NCBI RefSeq assembly: GCF_009914755.1
Contig: NC_060947.1
Direction: 5' to 3' (one strand)
Source: the human T2T-CHM13v2.0 reference genome, Homo sapiens
Length of the DNA stretch: 64,000 nucleotides
The notes under the pieces were generated by a model that made no database searches, was not told the DNA's origin, and saw only the letters and a list, made by a program, of their open reading frames with translations. This document shows positions 1-16,279 of the stretch, one piece after another. A program made the translations under genes and the position numbers. How positions within the stretch are numbered: position 1 is the first letter of the stretch; every line of letters begins with the position of its first letter.

Positions 1-200
1 GGGTTGGGGCCCATTCCTCCCCAGGGCCACCTGGGAGCCAGGACCCTGCCTTGAGCTGCAGCAGGACACGGGAGCAGTGGCCCTGGCTCCCCTCGCCCTT
101 CTCCCTGGGCTCGTGGGCTCCCCTCCTGGGTGTGGGTGGGTGGGGGCGCCTTGGCTTCTCAGCTTCCTGCACTGCCCCCCTCTGTCTCTGGGGCCTCCAG

Positions 201-297
201 GTGACAGACGGTTCCTTGGTGGCATTGGTGCCCAAACAAGTGTCTGCCTATAACATGGCCAACTCCTTCACCTTCACCCGCTCCCTCAGCCGCTACG
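201..297 (+). CDS. PLXNA3: Plexin-A3 coding exon (cytoplasmic region; gene continues upstream of window)
   Basis: cag|GTGACA...TACG|gtaggt; encodes [32 protein letters not shown]. Confidence 0.93.
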
Positions 298-464
298 GTA
301 GGTGTCCTCAGTGTGGTGGCCATGTGCCCTTCGAGGGAACCCCCACTTCCAAGTGCCATCGATTCTGTAGAGTGTAGACGGAGGGTCGGCCAGCGAGGGC
401 AGATGGGTCCCCACATGCTGCTGAGCTCCCGGGAGAGTGGGGCAGGGGCCAGGTGGTGGCCTAA

Positions 465-812
<348 letters not shown>

Positions 813-954
813 TAAAGGCCATGTCTGTCTGAGAGACCACTGGCCCTGTAGGGAAGCCCCTCTCTTTGCCAAGCCTTTCTGCCTCCATCTGTCCTGCTCT
901 GGGGACATCCCGACCTGGCTCCCTCATAGCCTGTGACCTCTCTGCCCCACACAG

Positions 955-1124
955 GGCACACTGCAGAAGTTCGTGGATGACCTCTTTGAGACAGTGTTCA
1001 GCACAGCCCACCGGGGCTCGGCCCTGCCCCTGGCCATCAAGTACATGTTCGACTTCCTGGATGAGCAGGCGGACCAGCGCCAGATCAGCGACCCCGATGT
1101 GCGCCACACCTGGAAGAGCAACTG
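955..1124 (+). CDS. PLXNA3: Plexin-A3 coding exon
   Basis: cag|GGCACA...AACTG|gtatca; [16 protein letters not shown]...HTWKSN. Confidence 0.95.
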
Positions 1125-1582
1125 GTATCACCCCGTGCTGGGCTGCCAGCAGCCTGTCTGGAGACTGGTGGGCGGAAGACGCTGGTGGCTCTGCTGAGAC
1201 CCAGGGCCTGGAGTAGCATCCAGGCAGGAGGGAATGAGGCCTGGCCTGGGGTTGACACTGACGGTGCCATCAAGCCAAGGGGCCTGTTGCGTCCAGTTCT
1301 GGAGCTGGACTGCCTGGGTGGGTGGGATGGTGGTGGTGAGGCCTTTGCCCTCTGGGGTCTTGCACCAGGTAGAGATGCTGGTGGTCGGTCGCAGGTGGTG
1401 AGAGCGGTGACAGGAGAAGCTGCGGAGGGGGTTGAGCCCTATTGAGAACAGAAGTTCAGCAGAGACTTAGAGGAAAGGCCGTTCACCCTAAATGTGTTGC
1501 TCTCACCACCTCTGGACAAGATGTGAGCCGGCCGGACAGGAAAGAGATGTGCACATGGGAGGGGCCCCTTGGGGCTAACTAG

Positions 1583-1939
<357 letters not shown>

Positions 1940-2000
1940 TGAGGGCAGGGGTTCTAGTTTTTGTGATGTCGCCTGAGTGACATACTCAGGGTCCCAACAG

Positions 2001-2151
2001 GTATTATCGAGACATTGCAAAGATGGCATCCATCAGCGACCAGGACATGGATGCCTACCTGGTGGAGCAGTCCCGCCTCCACGCCAGCGACTTCAGCGTC
2101 CTGAGTGCGCTCAACGAGCTGTATTTCTATGTCACCAAGTACCGCCAGGAG
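2001..2151 (+). CDS. PLXNA3: Plexin-A3 penultimate coding exon
   Basis: cag|GTATTA...CAGGAG|gtgtgt; [20 protein letters not shown]...KYRQE. Confidence 0.95.
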
Positions 2152-3102
2152 GTGTGTGTCATCCCCACAGACTCCCAGTTACTTGGTCCTGAAGGTGCAG
2201 CCAGTGACAAAGGCAGGAGGGTTGGTGGGGGTTGGGGATTGTTCACGGTCTCTCCCCTGACCAGGGCCTGGGGCCGGCACAGGTGATGCTCTCTGGGATC
2301 ACAGGTAGATGCTGGAATTTGAGGGACCCAGGAGATAAGCCACTGGCTGGGTACAAAGTGGCCACTGGGCAAAAGTTAAAGGGCCTGAGCACTGGAAGGG
2401 ATGGGTCAGGCTTTGTGATGAGAAATAGCCAGAGGCAGGAGGACATAGAGGTGTGGACTTTAGGATGGAGTCTGGGCTGGACACATTTGCAAGCCTGTGG
2501 ATGGCATTTAAAGCCCTGAGCCTGGATGAGCTCACAGGGAAGCCACAAGTGGGTGTGGAGGGAGAAGCGGCCCAAACACTGAGCCCAGGGCCCCAGGACA
2601 CAAAGAGGGGAGGGGAGGGGAGGTGCAGCAGCCAGCGGGGAGGATGCCTGAGAGCGCCTGGTGGGGTCTGGCAACCTGAGCCAGTGAGGACCCCTCACAG
2701 GTCAGGGAGTGGCAGTGGCCGGCTCCATCTTCCAGTGCTGCTGCTGGTGAAGGATGGTGACCTGCAGAACACTCACTGGGTCTGGCGAGGGTCACGGGGT
2801 CCTGGCGCGAGGGAGGCTTGGGCTAGGAGGTAATGGGAGGGGGAATCCAGCACGGCGAGTCCAGAGTCCAGGTCACTCTAGGGACAGGCCGCACCCTAGC
2901 TGTGGAGAGGAGGAGGAGAAAGTGCTGTCGTCGGAGGGGCATTTGGGGCTGGGGAGAGCTGGTGGGTTTGTACAGGGGCTGCGGGGGAGGACGGAGGGAT
3001 GAGGCGTGTGGGAGGGAGGAGCCCAGCTGGGAAGTGGGGACTTTGCATGGCAGGAGCTGCGCCCCCTACAGAGCCCAGCTCCAGGGGACTCCTCTCCCCC
3101 AG

Positions 3103-3198
3103 ATTCTCACGGCTCTGGACCGAGATGCCTCTTGTCGGAAGCATAAGTTGCGGCAGAAACTGGAACAGATCATCAGCCTCGTGTCCAGCGACAGCTAA
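3103..3198 (+). CDS. PLXNA3: Plexin-A3 last coding exon
   Basis: cag|ATTCTC; ILTALDRDASCRKHKLRQKLEQIISLVSSDS then TAA. Confidence 0.95.
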   Translation: MLTALDRDASCRKHKLRQKLEQIISLVSSDS

Positions 3199-4133
3199 GG
3201 TGGTGGAATCGGTGAGGAGGGGGCTTCTCAGTCCTGTGCCGTCCTCCCATCCAGGGGAGTGGCTGGCTCAAGCCTGGGTCCCCGGGCTGAGCCCTGGATT
3301 GGGTATCGTGGGGCAGGTCACCCTGGCCACGATGCCCCCGGCACACCCAGGCCCCCTTCATTAGTGCCTTGCTTTGGGCCCTGCAGGGGGAGGGGTGACA
3401 GGGCGAGCCCCCACCCCAGCAGCAGCAATACCCCCACCCTCCTGCCCTGTGCCCAGGTGTTGGGACAGTCCCACCCTCCCTGCTATTTATATCCCTCTGC
3501 CTATTTATTGAATCGAACTTCGCCTCTGTCTCCATCTGTAAATATGTGTCCCCCCACCGGATGTCGCCACCCTCACTCACCTGCCTCTTCTTGAGCTGTC
3601 CTGGGCCCTGCCACCCGTCTGGGCTCCTTTGTGTAGCATTATCAGCCTCGGTCTGGCCTCTGGCACCTCACCCTTGCCATGGCTGACCCCACCCATTCCA
3701 AGGCGGGGTCACGGTACCAGCAGCACTTGGGGTGAGGCCTCCAAAGCTTCCTCAGAATTGTGGCTGTGCCACGCTGGACCACAGGGTCCCCCTCAAGCAT
3801 CTCGGGGCCCTATTCTCTCTGAGCACCTGGAGGGCTGGACTCAGGCTTGTGCCAGGGCCTGACTTGGGCCTGGGGGCCCTAGAACACTCCTCCTCCTGAG
3901 CCTACTGCCAAACGTCCTCAGTGTTGTCTGCACCTGCTCCGACTCCTTCAGCCGCCCCATTCAGCGCCCGCTCCGTCCAGTGCCCGCCCTGTGGGGCCAA
4001 GGCGGCCGTGCCTTACTACTCTGTGTCTTCTGCCTCCTCTGAGGAATCTGGCCCTGTCTGACAGTCCCAGACCCCCCGTTCTCTCCTCTTTAGTTGCATG
4101 AGTTTTTCTTTGTTCATGGAATGTTTTTTCCTG

Positions 4134-4139
4134 ATTAAA
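4134..4139 (+). terminator. Proximal poly(A) signal of PLXNA3 (ATTAAA)
   Basis: ATTAAA after a U-rich tract, about 940 nt past the stop codon, with GU-rich sequence downstream. Confidence 0.65.
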
Positions 4140-4659
4140 TGTTGGGGAAATGCCATCCATGTGGGGCTCTGTCCTTGGGGCAGGTCAGTAGACCTGTGGA
4201 TGCTGCATGAGCTGGAGCCCCATTGTGGGAGAAAGGACCACTCCTTGCAGGGTCCCAGAGGGTTTGGGGAGGTTCAGGGCCATACCCGACCCATCAGCAA
4301 ACCCCGGTGGCTCTACCTTCAAGACAGATTCAAGGTAGATAGATTCTCCTCCCTTCCACCACCCCCACCCAGCTCTCCTGTGCCATCGTCTATCTCTGCC
4401 TGGATGCCAGTCTCCCTGCTTCTGCCCTGGCTCTCTTCAGCCTGTTCTCAGCGTGGGAGGCAGAGAGATCCTGTTATGATATAAGGTGGATCATGTTGCC
4501 TCACTGTTTAGAACCCTCCGGCGGTTTCAGCTGCAGCCAGCTCCTTCAAAACCTGACAATTGCATACTGTCGAGGTTGTGGCACCCATCATGGTGCACCT
4601 ACCAAAGTCTTACTCCCAGGCCTGTTAAGTAATGCAGGTGGGGAGAAGGTGACATGCAA

Positions 4660-5945
<1,286 letters not shown>

Positions 5946-6395
5946 CAATTTTAAATAGGGTGGCTTGGACAGCCACCTGAGTTGGGTTTAAAAGCTGCCA
6001 GCTCCAGCCGTCCAGCTGTGGGGCCACGGTGCCAGACAGTGGTGGTGGTTATAGGACCGTAGGTGTTTACCAAAACTAGACAAGTCCACATAACAACCAA
6101 CTGCACAAATAAGGAGTAAAATAATAAAGAGAAGGACGTGTGAGGCAGGACTGGATTGTAGCCCAGGATAAAGAGAAGTTGCGGGATGACAGCTGTGCCG
6201 TCGGCCCAGACAGAACCATCTGGACAGAGGACAGAGGATAAGGGAGATGGTTGAAAATACTACCATCATATGATAATGACAACTAAGCCACAGGAAAACA
6301 AGGCAGTTTTAACCTCAGGGGAAATCCCTCAGAAATGGATGGAATCTACCAGAAGCATCATGAGAGGAAGAGGAAGGGAAACAGAGCTAAATTGG

Positions 6396-6985
6396 GGCCA
6401 GGTGTGGTGGCTCGCACTTGTCATCCCAGCACTTTTGGAGGCCCAGGCGGGAAGATCACTGGAGCCCAGGAGTTCAGGACCAGCCTGGGCAACAAAGCGA
6501 GATCCCCTCTCTACAAAAAATAAAAAACTAGCCAGGCATGGTGGTGCATGCCTGTGGTCCCAGTTACTCAGGAGGCTGAGGTGCTGGGGAACAAGGCTGC
6601 AGTGAGCTGTGATTGTGCCAGCCTAGGTGACAGAGCCAGACCCTGTATCAAAAAAAATAATAATAATTAAAAAACAAAAGATCGGCTGGGCGCGGTGGCT
6701 CATGCCTGTAATCCCAGCACTTTGGGAGGCTGAGGTGGGTGGACCACCTGAGGTCGGGAGTTCGAGACCAGCCTCACCAACATGGAGAAACCCTGTGTCT
6801 ACTAAAAATACAAAATTAGCTGGGCGTGGTGGTGCATGCCTGTAATTCTAGCTACTTGGGAGGCTGAGGCAGGAGAATTCGCTTGAACCCGGGAAGTGGA
6901 GGTTGCGGTGAGCCAAGATCGCACCATTGCACTCCAGCCTGGGCAACAAGAGTGAAACACTGTCTCAAAAAAAAAAAAAAAAAAG
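6396..6985 (+). mobile_element. Two tandem Alu elements
   Basis: GGCCAGGTGTGGTGGCTC and GGCTGGGCGCGGTGGCTC starts, A-rich tails. Confidence 0.92.
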
Positions 6986-7269
6986 TGAAAGATCTAAATT
7001 GTCAACTATTCGTCAATAATTAATGTCTAAAAAATATTAAGAAAGGAAGAAAGGAATGAGAGCAAAAGAGAGGGAGAGAGGAAAGTGTCATCTTCATAAG
7101 CTGAAGGCCAGTGCCACCGTCACCACTGGCAGAGCTCCCCAGATTCTACAAAGGGAAACTGTTCCTCCATATGGAGTAATAGGGACTGGATATGTCATGC
7201 CAAATGAAAGAACACGCCAAACCAGACAAAATATATGGAATGCAGAGTATTAAAAAACTGGCTGTGGGC

Positions 7270-7790
7270 CAGTGAGGGACAGCGACGTGTGGGAGCTGGG
7301 AAACAAGGTAAGCCATGCGACTGGCCCAGTGTCCTGTGTGGAGTTTCCTGGTGGAGCCTGGCAGACACCCGGACTTTAGGAGTTGAAACTGATTCAGAGC
7401 GTCCCAGCAGCTGGAGTTTGCAGGGCGGAGAACCAGAGAGAAGAGAGCTGCACAGGGAAAGAACCCTGGATATCCACAGAGGCTCCCGTTCCAGTGTGCA
7501 GCGGACTACGACTACTGGTGAGCACAGGCGTGTGAGGAAGCTACCCAAGACCAGGGAAGGCCATCACCCCAGCAGGAGAGGATGAACGGTAACTCCAGTG
7601 TGCAAGCAGGACAGGGACTAGCAGCTGTCCCCACCCACCAGGATAGAGAAGCTCATGTTCACCTAGGCAGCACTGGCCAGGGTGCCCAGAATGGTGTTTG
7701 TTGCCTCCATAGAGGGAAACAAGCCTACAGTTAAGAGCTGCTCTGGTCCCACACAGCACATCTTCAAAGCAAGACTCAAAAGGATCAAAC
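7270..7790 (+). mobile_element. Old L1M-type fragment (probable)
   Basis: Resembles ancient L1 5' region (agctggagtttgcagggc...agagagctgcacag); recognised from memory only. Confidence 0.4.
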
Positions 7791-8264
7791 CATTTCCTTG
7801 TTTTCTGAGAATAAAAGCAGTTGTACCTCTTCCTTTTCACTCTCAGAAAATCTGATAGAATCTATAAAAGAGCCCTAAGGCTGGAGACACTGTATTTTCC
7901 AGGGAGCCAACTCCTTGCCCCAGACACTAGTCAATTGCCCCAGCACTTTCTTCACTGATCGTTAGAGGAAAAAAGCTCATGTTAGATTTAAAAATCAGGA
8001 AAAAAATTTAACACTAAACTTGCAAATATTATGTGGTGTATATTACAGTTACACATTTACTATGTAAGTGCAACTGTAAAACTGAGGAAGTATTCCAAAA
8101 TGTTGACAGTAGTTAATCCTGAATGACAGAACCCAATTGATTTTCATTTTCTTCCATTTCCTAAATTGTCTTCAATTTCCTTGTACTCCTTGAATATCTG
8201 AATTCTAGAACCCCCCCCCAGCAACCCAAGCACAACAAGAATATTGGGAGGTGCCCCAGCTGCA

Positions 8265-8270
8265 AATAAA
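8265..8270 (+). terminator. Plus-strand AATAAA, candidate distal PLXNA3 poly(A) signal
   Basis: AATAAA followed about 25 nt later by U-rich gttttattttctgt. Confidence 0.55.
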
Positions 8271-8295
8271 CTCAGACTTGGAATAGTAGCGCAGT

Positions 8296-8301
8296 TTTAT
8301 T
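8296..8301 (-). terminator. LAGE3 poly(A) signal (AATAAA)
   Basis: tttatt on + strand, about 150 nt past the LAGE3 stop. Confidence 0.8.
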
Positions 8302-8452
8302 TTCTGTAGTAACAAACATTTAAGAACCAGATAAAACATGAGGCCCTCCCAGGAAAGTAGCAACTGTGGGAATTCCTGCCCTAGGGAAGGATGGACGCAC
8401 TGCCTACAAGGAGACGCAAAGTGGGACCTCGCTCCATTTGCCCAGGCCAGGC

Positions 8453-8567
8453 TTAGCGGGAAACGGGGGGCCCAAAGCGCTGCATGGTCCGCACCACCAG
8501 GGAAAGCTGGTCAAGAAAGTTGATGACGGAAATTCGGAGCAGGCGACAGTCTTCAGCTTTCCAGCGG
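8453..8567 (-). CDS. LAGE3: LAGE3 (KEOPS/EKC subunit, Pcc1 homolog) exon 3
   Basis: tag|CCGCTGG; RWKAEDCRLLRISVINFLDQLSLVVRTMQRFGPPVSR then TAA; three exons total 432 nt = 143 aa. Confidence 0.96.
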
Positions 8568-8791
8568 CTAAAAGTGAGGGGAAAAGAAAATCAAATTGGA
8601 GGTGGCAACTCCTGGTCCCTCGCTCTGCCCCTCAGGCACCCAATATAGCAAACCCTTGGGAGCCCTGCCATTACACAGCCCCTCAGGCAGAGACCGGCCC
8701 AGCGCACCTGGCGCTCCTTAGGGCTCATCCTTGGATGTCCCCCATGTCTCCATGGGCCGCCTCCCCCAACCCCGTCCCTTTCAGAACTTAC

Positions 8792-8920
8792 ACGACCAGG
8801 ATCCTGCCACTCACTGTGAGATCCTTCCCAACCACCCTTTGGTGGGGCTCGGCATCTGGTGCCAGGGACCCATGGGCGATTTCCGCCTCCAAGGGGGTCG
8901 GGAAAGGCACGCTGAGGGTG
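8792..8920 (-). CDS. LAGE3: LAGE3 exon 2
   Basis: cag|CACCCTC...GTCGT|gtaagt; (F)TLSVPFPTPLEAEIAHGSLAPDAEPHQRVVGKDLTVSGRILV, Pcc1 domain. Confidence 0.96.
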
Positions 8921-9236
8921 CTGGGGGTCATTCGGTTAAGGTGCCATCTGATACGATCTTGCCTATGTCTCAGGCCTTCTTGCTCCTCTGAAGCCCCCTC
9001 TCAGGTCACCCTGCCTAGTGTCACCCCCTTCACTCCTTACCTCGCCCAGGCCACCGTTAGCAGAGCTTCTCCCTCCATTTCAATGTCTTCCCCTCCTCCG
9101 ACCACCTCTGACCGTATACGCCAGCCCCGGTCCCCCCCTGCTACCCTTTCCGTCGGCCCCCCGCCCGCCCTCCTTTCCTTCTCCCCGAGTCCAGCCCTCG
9201 CTCCGCCGCAAGCAGCCCCCAGCTCGGAAAGGATAC
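8921..9236 (-). other. LAGE3: U12-type (minor spliceosome) GT-AG intron 1 of LAGE3
   Basis: 5' splice site GTATCCTTT; branch site CCTTAAC (8935-8941) ends 14 nt before the exon; no polypyrimidine tract. Confidence 0.9.
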
Positions 9237-9990
9237 AATATGTGCGGCCGCATTCGTGACCCCCTGGCCGCAGACGCGGCGTCTCTGCCCGGACCTGGCG
9301 CGTGCGCTGGGGGAGCTCCACCGGCCGGAGCTGCGGCTGTGTCCACGCCCCCGCGGCAGCTGTGGCCACCCCGGCCATCCCCGCCGTCAGCGCCTCCGCC
9401 TGCGTCTGCATCCGCGTCCCGCATGACCGCCGCCGCGCCGCTCCGACTCCACCCCCGAAGCGCAGGTCCTACGCCCCGCCCTCTCTGTGGCTCCTTCCCG
9501 AAGCCCCGCCCCCTGCGCACGACTCCGCCCACACGCGCCTGCGCAGGTCCCTGGAGAGCCTGACTGGCGCGTGGTCAGTTCCCGCCAAGCGGCCCTGCCG
9601 GGGGCCTTCTGAGACCCGGTCAGCGGTTGAGAGGCTGCGGTTTCCTCCAGAAACTCTGCCCTTTCGCGCGTAACTCGATTCCAGAGCGCTGGTGCAAACT
9701 GACCCACAGTCGGTCCGGCCCCAGGAAGCCAACCCTGACGGGGCTTTTGAAGACACCGTGGTCGCCTATCCCAGAGGCGCACCCCGCGAGGCTCCGCCCC
9801 TAAGCGCGCCTTGTGACCTTAGCGCGCCTGCGCTGGCGGGGCCTTCCCCCTTGTCCCTGGAGGCCCCAGTGAGGCCCTGCGGTGCCTGGACGGCTTCCCG
9901 CCCCGTTTCTTACCTGGACCCAAGAGCCCCAGGAGATGTGGCACAACGTCCATGTTGCGATTCGCAGAGGGAGGGTGGCCGGGTCGGGTA
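9100..9990. promoter_or_regulatory. CpG island / LAGE3 promoter
   Basis: Dense CpG, GC boxes (ccccgcccc), NRF1-like GCGCCTGCGC at about 9535 and 9824. Confidence 0.85.
9237..9424 (-). CDS. LAGE3: LAGE3 exon 1 coding part
   Basis: ATG at 9424; MRDADADAGGGADGGDGRGGHS...RMRPHI. Confidence 0.96.
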
Positions 9991-10253
9991 ACCCCCAAGG
10001 ATACTGCTCTTGCCCTCAACCCCAGTGCCCAACCAACGGGGCTTCACCATGGACTGTGAAGCATCGGATGTGCATTTTAGAGGAAGCATTTTAGAGCGGG
10101 TGGGCTGTGCAGAGCGGGGGAGCCTGTCAGCAGGAGGCCTGCACGGAGGCGAAAAATGACAGGGCCTTGAATGAAAGTACTGGCGGTGGGTCTAGGTCTA
10201 ATATAACGTGAAAAATCAGACTGCACAACTATGAGTATGAAAATGCCAGTTTA

Positions 10254-12439
<2,186 letters not shown>

Positions 12440-14246
12440 TCAGGCAAGGAATTGTCGCTGGATGGCAAAAGCATTAGCTGAAAGGTTGTTGGGGACAGGA
12501 TATTCACAAAGTCCCCAAATATTACCCCAAATTACTTGTGAATCAGGAAGGGAAACTGCGTCTTTACAGGGGAGAGATCTGGCAGCAGCCACCTGGATCA
12601 CGTGATCAAACTGAGCGTCCTCAACAGTGGGGCAGCCTGACCCTGCCAGCTGCCTGATGAGGGGCTGGGGGTGAGTGTGGTCAGAGGAGGAAAGGATACA
12701 GTAGCAGCTTCCCTGGATGCTTCCAAAAATATTCTTGCCTGATTGCCTATGGAGAATGGCTAGTTGGGAGAGGCAAAGATGGCCTCCTGCTCCCTCAGAA
12801 GCCTGGCTGAGTGGCATTGCCAGTCCTCCAGCCGGGCCGTGGAGAACACGTGTGTGCTGAGGAGCCGGCCAGTGCTGGACGTGAGTGCCAAGAGGGAAGG
12901 GACTGTGTCTTCCAGTCTCAGGGTTGCCAGCACCTGGGACACAAGGGGGCACTCAGTGATGAGCAGGGTGTCGTCTGCAGCAAAGTCAGGCGCTGTCTGG
13001 AAGACATGGGCAGGAGCTCAGGAGAGAGGGCCGGGATGAGACATAGACATGGCAGTGAGGCACAGAAATAGAAAGCAAGCTGGATGAGCTCCCCGAGGAG
13101 TGATACAGAGGGAAGAGAAGGGGCTCAGGGACAGAGCCCTGGGGCACCAACATTGAGGGGTGGGGTGTGTGTGAAGAACCAGCAAGAGAGCCTGAGTAGG
13201 AGCAAGTGGTGGAAACAGCGGGAGAGCAAAGGCAGAAGAGGGTGAGGAATGAGGACTGCCGGCCATTCAGTGGGGCCCTGAAGGTGTATGCAGGCCGCTC
13301 CAGCTGGGCCCTGGAGGAGGACAGGGCAGTTGCTGTGTGTCTCTCATCTCTCCTGAAGGCTTTTCAGGGCTGGGAGGCTCAAGGCTGGCCACCTCTGCTG
13401 CATCTACTCCTGGGAGTACCAGGCCCGGGCAGATCTATTGGAGCTGGTGAGGCTCACATGGGACACCAGCTGATACATTGCCAGGGAACCTCCCCACCCC
13501 AAGGCAAATGGTGCTGTCCTCTGAGGCCGCTCTTCCTCCCGTGGGCCCTTGGGAAACGACACCAAAAGCACCTCATCCCAGCTGGGCCCTTCACTCATGC
13601 TGCTATCTCCTGATGTCATTGTAGTCACACCATGGCCGCAGGACTCAGATACTGTCCCGAGGCCCCTCCCTGAGGGGCAGGTGGTGGGTCTCAGGGCCCT
13701 TCACCGGGCAGGGGGCAGTGGATGACTCGGTGCTACCTCTCAGGGCGGACAATTGGCTCAGAGGGGCGCAGCACCTGCAGTAAACATTCTGACCCCTGTT
13801 AAAGGATCTCAGCATTGGGGGGGCTGCAGCCTGTGGCTGCTCCATCTTCATGCAGAATCCCCAGTGTCCTCTAACGATCCCCCCACTTCCTGTCTCCCAT
13901 CCCTGCAGTGTTTCCTCTCTCTGGTGCTTTCCCTAACCCAAGCCTCAGAAAACGCTTTCCCTGTGTGATCTTGACGCCTCCAGCCCTCTCCTCCACTACC
14001 TGCGAGGTGGCCCTGATCTGACACATGCATGGCCCCTGTAGTGGACAGCTGCCATTTGCGGCCACCATTGAGGATATCCATTCATCCAGCCCTCCCCCAG
14101 AGCCTTCTGTCCCTTGCATAGCCCATGTGTGTCCAGGGAAGTGGCCCCATGCCTAGCTCCAGGGAGCCAGCCCTGACGGAGAATTACCCCCTACCCCAGC
14201 CAAAATGATTGGACGCACAATCCAGTTCTGACCAACGAGAAGAGTG

Positions 14247-14252
14247 TTTATT
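14247..14252 (-). terminator. UBL4A distal poly(A) signal (AATAAA); a proximal one lies at 14509-14514
   Basis: tttatt on + strand at both positions, downstream of the UBL4A stop. Confidence 0.65.
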
Positions 14253-16047
14253 TGCTGGGGGCATCTGAGACAGCAGAGGTGGTACACAGAGAAGATGCTG
14301 CTCTGGCAGTGAGGGAGGGATTCCGTGGAAGCTGCAGGCAGCCATCTTTTCATCCTCGGAGGTGGTGGCCTGGGATGTAGCAGATACCAACGCAGAGGGA
14401 GGCAGAAGACACTGGGTGAAATTGCTCACCTGCTGCCAATGCCAATACCACTGGACTTTTCACTTTCATAAGCCAAGAAATTTCCGTTAACTGATTAAAC
14501 AAATTGCCTTTATTGTTAAACCAATGATTGGATATCAGAAACAGCCTAGCTAATATAGCTCCTTTTGGATAAAAGTAGAAGCCTCACATTCACCTTTAAT
14601 GTTATTTCACTTTTTCCAAAATCAATTTCCTGGCACCACACAAACAAGAACACTGGTAAATGTATCACCTGAACTGCAGGCCACACATGCTCACGAGTGT
14701 GTCCCTGCCGTAGGTGGCTTTGAAGCCATATACATGGCTCTCCAGCTCTCGTGGGGGGCCAGGGGCTTCTGTGTGCTCTTCAAAGCCTTCACCCATTGGG
14801 CCTCTGTCCATCTTTCCAGCCTGGGGACCCAATATTTGCCCCACAAGGCCCAGGCAGGAGGGCCTCCAGCACGCGCAGCCCTGACCACACTGTGAGCAGC
14901 TCACTTGGCAAGGGTGAAGGGCCGGAGTGGCGTCCTCCTGATGTGGCTTCCTTCCAGCCTCTACCACCCCTGGGGGCCTCCTCCAAGGAGCAGGTGGTTA
15001 GATGTCCTCTTGTGCCCACACACACGGCAGGGTGGAGGAGGATGAACCGGAACCCAGCCCATGCTTCTGCCCCCACCCTGGCACCCCAAGGTTTCTTCTC
15101 AGGCAACAAGGAGCACACAAAGTGAGCCCCTGTACACAGGTGGCTGGGATATGTTCATCTTCCACAGGGAGGCCAGTGCTGGGGATGAGGACAAAGGCCT
15201 ACGCCCAGTCCCAGCTCTGACACTGCCTTGCTGAGTCACCCATCAGCCCTAACGCTTCCTGGACGAGACAAGCAGATAGGGTGCCCCAGAGAGGAGCTGT
15301 GTCACTAAGGGCCAGGACACCCCATCTCTGGGTCACGCTTGGCCACGGCTTCATTTTTGGCTTCAGTTTGTTTACTGAACAGAAGGGAGAGGGGCCCTGT
15401 GAGACAGAGGACACTGACTCAGGTCGGTGAGTGGCCCTCACTGTATAGAGTCCATGGCTGGGGACCAAGTGGCACTGAGACTCGCCCAAAGTCACATCAC
15501 AGAGCTGGGGTGCCTTGCTGACTCCCTGGCCCCAATCTGCTTTTCCATTTGTCGAACGCACACTGGCACACTGGCTGCAGCAGCTGCGGGGGTCGGGGGG
15601 TTCCAGGGCTGGCTGTCACTCGGCCTCCTGCAGAGGTAAGCTGAGGGCTATGTTGGACCCGCCAGAAGTCAGGTGACAGCTGCTTTCCCTTTCAGGATCG
15701 GGAGGGAGTCACCTGAGGGTATATTCTCAGTGGGCTAAACATGACATGCGAGAGCCCAGCTCTCCAAGCGGCCCCTTCCTCCTTCTCACACCAAGGCACT
15801 TTCAGAAGCCGCTGGATTCCGACTGGGGCTGTGCCACTTCATCGCCGGTGCCTCTGCTGTGCCGGCTCTCCTCTTCTGAGGGTGTGGAAGCAAACCCAGG
15901 TCAAGCTGTGAGGAGTGCCTAGCACCTGGCCAGAGCCAGGTACATGCCAGCTATGACGATGATGAGCCCAACTGCAACAGGAGAACACACTTAGTGCGAC
16001 ATGCAGCGGTAGCCTGGCGTTGGGCACCTCCCCATGCTCCGAGAATT

Positions 16048-16158
16048 CTATTTGGAGAAGCCCTTCTCCATTGTCTCAGTCACTTCAGGGTGCAGGAAGC
16101 GGCTGGCCAACCGTTCGATGTCGTCCAGCGTCAGGCGACTCAGGGACCTCTCGTAATC
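16048..16158 (-). CDS. UBL4A: Ubiquitin-like protein 4A (GdX) exon 4
   Basis: cag|GATTAC; DYERSLSRLTLDDIERLASRFLHPEVTETMEKGFSK then TAG; four exons total 474 nt = 157 aa. Confidence 0.96.
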   Translation of the reverse strand, partial: DYERSLSRLTLDDIERLASRFLHPEVTETMEKGFSK

Positions 16159-16279
16159 CTGGGGAGAGAAGGGCAGGAAGATTCAGGGGCTGCCAGTGGG
16201 GGGGGGGCATACACTGCAACAGAGGTAGGGGCTGGGAGCAACTGGGCCTGAAGAGGATGCCCAGGGTTACCCTTCTCAC

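Noticed and set aside
8366-9259. 297-aa + strand ORF antisense to LAGE3
   Set aside because: Non-ATG start, Pro/Ser-rich low complexity, no recognisable homology.
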